Shown here one piece after another: positions 60,190-64,000 of a DNA stretch of 64,000 nucleotides. This DNA is from Planctomycetota bacterium. GTDB lineage: Bacteria; Planctomycetota; UBA8108; SXIK01. The notes beneath the pieces are model-generated. The model was not told where the DNA came from and did no database searches. It saw only the letters and a program-made list of their open reading frames with translations. Position 1 is the stretch's first letter, and each line of letters starts with the position of its first letter. The position numbers and the translations under genes are program-made. The stretch is from the NCBI GenBank assembly GCA_965223265.1, contig OZ244999.1, positions 6,336,001 to 6,400,000 on the forward strand, given 5' to 3'.

Positions 60190-61575
60190 TCACTGCTCTG
60201 GGCTCGAGGTTGGTGGCTGGACGTCCGTCTTCTTCTGCGCTAGCACACTCTCAAGGCCACCAATGATGCCTTCCATGCGTCCGGCGAGCTGATCCCATTC
60301 GTCGCGACTCAGGTTGAGGCCACCAGAGCGCCGGAGCTTACCCATGAATCCTTTTTGCGCGTCGTCCACTTGCTTGCCGACGTCACGCAATTGATCGCGA
60401 AGACTGTCACGAATGCTCGAAAGTCGCTCAAGTGACTGCGACTGATCGGACTCCCAACGTGAGATTCCGGCGGAAAGCAAATCGGTCAGCTCAATGAGGC
60501 GCTGATTGAACTCGTTCTGTAGCTCGCCCAAGTCGTTGCCGTGACTGGAGACGCTGCCTGAAAGCTCCGAGATTCGATTTCTGAGTCCCTCGAACTGCTG
60601 TCCAACGCCGCGCACCTCGGGTGTGACCGAATCGATGTTGTCGACTTTCTGCGACATCGCGTCGACACGCTCCTGGAGTACCTGAAGACGCTCGTTCGCA
60701 GTCGAGACCGCGTTTTTGTGCGGCATGGTCGACTCCATGCGCTCGAGCACTTCGCGCACGACCGCAAACTTGTCCATGAGCGACTGAACCATTTCATCGA
60801 TCTCCTTGCGCAGCGTCTTCTCGAGTTCCTCAAATCGCACCTCGAGCTTGCTGACGTGACCTTCGACTTGCCCTATGCGGCCGTTGACCTGGCCGAATCG
60901 CTCGTCCGTGCGCTGCAACTGTTCGTCGACGCTGCCAAGTTTCTCATCGGCCGCTGACAAACGCGTGTCGTGTTGGGCCACGCGTTCCTGGAGGGCCGCT
61001 TGCTCGGAACCCTGCGTCAAAAGTCGCTCGTCAAGCCCCGCAAGCCGCTGCCGCGAACTCGTGACCTCGTCGACCGCGCTTTTGAGCTCGCCTTTCATCA
61101 GTTCGATCGTCTGGTCTCCGGTGCGCAGCTGCCCCTCCGCCGCACTCAGTCGGTCTTGCAGGCGCTGTACTTTTTCATCGACGCTGCTCACCTGACCGGA
61201 AAGATCCGTGAAGAGCGACTGCAGCTCGGTGAGCTGGCTGATTCTCTCTTCGAACCGCAGGATCTTGCCGCGTAGTTCGGGCGTTAGAGACGGCGCGGCC
61301 GCGCCCTTCTGCCGCGACAGACCGGCTTTCACCGCGGCGAAGTCTTGTAGCTCGGGAAAGAGCTCGTCGCGATGCTCATGGAGGACGGGAAGCAAGGCGT
61401 CGCGCACCGCGTTTTTGAGTGAGGTGCGGGTGACGGAGACTTGGCACATGCGTTTGAGAACTTCGCGCACGCCCCCTATGTGTTTGAGGACCTCGCGCAC
61501 CTCGAGGTCAGACCCCGAAGTTCGTTCCAACGCTTGCCCTAATTTCTCCCAATCCTGCTGTACTTTGTTGATCAT
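60190..61575 (-). CDS. Long coiled-coil protein
   Basis: Heptad-rich E/Q/R/L sequence over about 350 aa, no TM segment. Confidence 0.7.
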   Translation of the reverse strand: MINKVQQDWEKLGQALERTSGSDLEVREVLKHIGGVREVLKRMCQVSVTRTSLKNAVRDALLPVLHEHRDELFPELQDFAAVKAGLSRQKGAAAPSLTPELRGKILRFEERISQLTELQSLFTDLSGQVSSVDEKVQRLQDRLSAAEGQLRTGDQTIELMKGELKSAVDEVTSSRQRLAGLDERLLTQGSEQAALQERVAQHDTRLSAADEKLGSVDEQLQRTDERFGQVNGRIGQVEGHVSKLEVRFEELEKTLRKEIDEMVQSLMDKFAVVREVLERMESTMPHKNAVSTANERLQVLQERVDAMSQKVDNIDSVTPEVRGVGQQFEGLRNRISELSGSVSSHGNDLGELQNEFNQRLIELTDLLSAGISRWESDQSQSLERLSSIRDSLRDQLRDVGKQVDDAQKGFMGKLRRSGGLNLSRDEWDQLAGRMEGIIGGLESVLAQKKTDVQPPTSSPEQ

Positions 61576-61865
61576 AGAGAGCGACCCTCACAGAGTGGGA
61601 GGCGGGTGAACACAGGGGTCACGGAATTGCGTCGATCGTTCCCTTCACCTTACCGGCTCATACCCGCTGGTTGCAACCACTTAGCAGTCTTGTTGAGAAA
61701 ACTGCTGTGGACCGCAAGCCTGGTCAGCTGAGCGCCGGAGCAGCGGCGGCAGTCGCCTCTTTTGCTCGGGCGCAAGTCGTTCTTTCCACGGCCGATGCGT
61801 CAAGCAGCGCGGTCCACATCAGAGGGCCGAAGGCAGAAGCGAGCGACGGCGTTAGAATACCCCGC

Positions 61866-62525
61866 ATGACGGCAGCCAACGACCCACAGCAGCTCGCGCC
61901 CGTCCTGGCGTGGCGAAATCTCAGCAAGACATTCGGCAAGCGGCTGGCCGTAAGGCCCGAGGACGGTAGCCTCGAAGCCGGTGAGCACCTGGCGATCACC
62001 GGGCCGAGCGGTAGCGGCAAGACTACGCTGCTGAAGTTGCTCGCCGGACTGCAGAATCCCAGCAGCGGTGAGATTTGGCAGGACGGCCGTCTGGTGAGCC
62101 GGCACGGCTGGCAACAACCCGCTCACAAGCGCCGGATCGGCTTTCTCTTTCAAGAGCTCGGCCTCTGGCCTCATCTCTCAGTTCGACAGCATATCGAGTT
62201 CGCCCTGCCTCATCTGTCGCGCGAGAAACGCGCTCCCCTCGTCGATGCTCTGCTCGAGGACTGCCGGCTCACCTCTCTGGCAAGACGACAGCCAAGAGCG
62301 CTGTCGGGCGGCGAGCGTCAACGGGTCGCCCTCGCCCGGGCGGCGGCGTCTTCACCGCAGCTCTTGTTCCTGGACGAACCGCTGACGAACCTCGATCCGC
62401 GCCTGCGCGACGAGCTTCTCGAATGGGCCGTCGCGTACGGTCGCCGCCCTGGGGTGACGCTCGTGGTCGTGACGCACGACCACGAGATCGCTGGACGCAT
62501 CGGCAAACGCGCGGTGGAGCTTTGA
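61866..62525 (+). CDS. ABC transporter ATP-binding protein (no partner genes adjacent)
   Basis: GPSGSGKT, LSGGE, FLDEP and VTHD motifs. Confidence 0.88.
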   Translation: MTAANDPQQLAPVLAWRNLSKTFGKRLAVRPEDGSLEAGEHLAITGPSGSGKTTLLKLLAGLQNPSSGEIWQDGRLVSRHGWQQPAHKRRIGFLFQELGLWPHLSVRQHIEFALPHLSREKRAPLVDALLEDCRLTSLARRQPRALSGGERQRVALARAAASSPQLLFLDEPLTNLDPRLRDELLEWAVAYGRRPGVTLVVVTHDHEIAGRIGKRAVEL

Positions 62526-62530
62526 CTTAA

Positions 62531-62708
62531 CAGCCCGTTGAAAAAGTCATTCGGCTGAGAAACCGGCCTCTTCACGCCCAGATCAGCCGCGGCGAGCCTC
62601 GCCGTGTATACCTTATAGAAGAGGGCTCGGAGATTACCTGCGTTCGCCGCGGCTGATCTGGACGCGAAGCGACCAGTTTTCAGCTCGAAGCGCTTTTTCA
62701 ACAGGCTG
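62531..62708. mobile_element. 178-bp fold-back MITE with IS-like terminal inverted repeats, flanked by TTAA
   Basis: CAGCCCGTTGAAAAAG ... CTTTTTCAACAGGCTG; TTAA at 62527 and 62709; internal arms cagatcagccgcggcga / tcgccgcggctgatctg. Confidence 0.8.
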
Positions 62709-62778
62709 TTAACCTCATCCAGTTTGGCCATTTCGCGCCGGCCAAACAGCGTGCCAGGTGAGGCTGTCCAGGAGAATC

Positions 62779-63852
62779 TCAGCGACGCGCTTTGATCACG
62801 AAGTTGAAGAACGCAGCAACATCGCCGCGCTTGTCAAACTCAACCGTGAATTCGTTCGTGATCATCTCCCGCTCCAGGACGTCGCTCAGCCAGTCGACTT
62901 CGATCTCGAAGCCGTAAGCGTCGACGAACGGGACATAGTTACCGCGTGGATCCGCGTCGACTGGATCAATGTGTAGTTTGAGCGACGTGCTGATCTTGTA
63001 GTCGCGCGTGGCGAACAGAGGCTTCGGTTTCTTCTCGCCGAGATCGATGGCTTCGACTTCTTCGTTGACGGAGCCGACGTCGAAGTCAATGTCGCCGGAG
63101 TCGGTAATCGTGAGCGGGCCCCACGTGATCAGTGGAATGTCGGGCTCGCCGTCACGATCGTTGCGTGACAGCACTTGGTCGCGCGTGCTGTTCTCGCGGT
63201 ACTCGGCGTTGAACTCGTCCTGCTCCTCGCGGCTCTTGCCGATGTTATTGATCTTCCCCAGCGTTGCGTCATAGCGCGCAAAGGTCATCGTTGGGTCATT
63301 CTTGAACGTCTTCTTCCAGCTACGCTTAATGCGGCGTCGGATCTCGCGGTAAATCTTACGCCGAACGACCTTCTTGACCTTGAGAGCCAGCTCGGTGTCG
63401 CTGCGCGGAGGAATGTAGAAAAGTGGCCACACCGTGTGCTGGGCGTACGGTGGCACCTCTTCGCCGTAGAGCCCGCGGCCATGGAATACCCAATCTGGCC
63501 AAGCCCTCTCGACGGGGTCTGCCGACGCCTCGGGAATCTCCCAGTCCTCTACTTGGTGCGACTCATAGCCTCCGCCGTGCAGCTGCATGCGGAATTCGAA
63601 CCACGCCTCGCCCGGGCTGGCCGCCGCTGCTGGCTCAGCCCGTGCCGCGGTGGGGGCGGGCAGCGCCGCCGCGACCTCGAGCGGTGCCGCCTCGTCGGGA
63701 CGCGGCGAGGTCGGAGCGCTGGCTGGTGGCAAAAGACGTCGGGCACTCCCGCCGCTATCGAGCACGACCGTCTCGGCGGCGCTGAGAACCGGCGCTACAA
63801 GGCACGCCACGAAAACGCTCAGTAGCTTCGAAAGTAGCGATTTCGCGCGCAT
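62779..63852 (-). CDS. Hypothetical exported protein
   Basis: Signal peptide; beta-strand-like C-terminus. Confidence 0.6.
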   Translation of the reverse strand: MRAKSLLSKLLSVFVACLVAPVLSAAETVVLDSGGSARRLLPPASAPTSPRPDEAAPLEVAAALPAPTAARAEPAAAASPGEAWFEFRMQLHGGGYESHQVEDWEIPEASADPVERAWPDWVFHGRGLYGEEVPPYAQHTVWPLFYIPPRSDTELALKVKKVVRRKIYREIRRRIKRSWKKTFKNDPTMTFARYDATLGKINNIGKSREEQDEFNAEYRENSTRDQVLSRNDRDGEPDIPLITWGPLTITDSGDIDFDVGSVNEEVEAIDLGEKKPKPLFATRDYKISTSLKLHIDPVDADPRGNYVPFVDAYGFEIEVDWLSDVLEREMITNEFTVEFDKRGDVAAFFNFVIKARR

Positions 63853-64000
63853 CGGGGGCCTCTTGCTTCGGATCGAGAGTTCTCTTCGTTTCTTTACATT
63901 TCAGTCGGAAACGCGCCCAGAAAGGCGGATCAAGCGGCTTCTGTATAGCTGCGACAGCAAGTGTCTGAGATCGGGAAACTTTCGACGGTTTTCTGTCGTA

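Overview
GC-rich bacterial window, most likely Planctomycetota (planctomycete-type ECF/Ser-Thr kinase pair, PVC-type heme-c protein, planctomycete cytochrome c domain, C-terminal FxRGDxNxDG dockerin-like domains). It holds the 5' end of truD, two DUF1573 paralogs, an arginine cluster (argB-argH-argG-[DUF1611/DgcN-like]-argC-argD-argF'), fabI, an ACT-fused glnE, tRNA-His, a Rieske/cytochrome b-c complex, several exported proteins, GTAG-type REPs and two copies of a fold-back MITE. The three best leads are as follows. (1) An exported protein split by an in-frame TGA (C-G-G-W-G-*-G-W-G) followed by an fdhF-like SECIS hairpin, a candidate novel selenoprotein coupled to a thioredoxin-like gene that lacks CxxC. 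(2) A DUF1611/DgcN-like gene inside an arg cluster that has no argA or argJ, a candidate new N-acylglutamate synthase, next to an ArgF' with a succinyl-type signature. (3) Two paralogous exported-TPR + histidine kinase + OmpR modules, each preceded by 11-bp-period direct repeats. All family calls come from motif recognition by eye; no searches were run.
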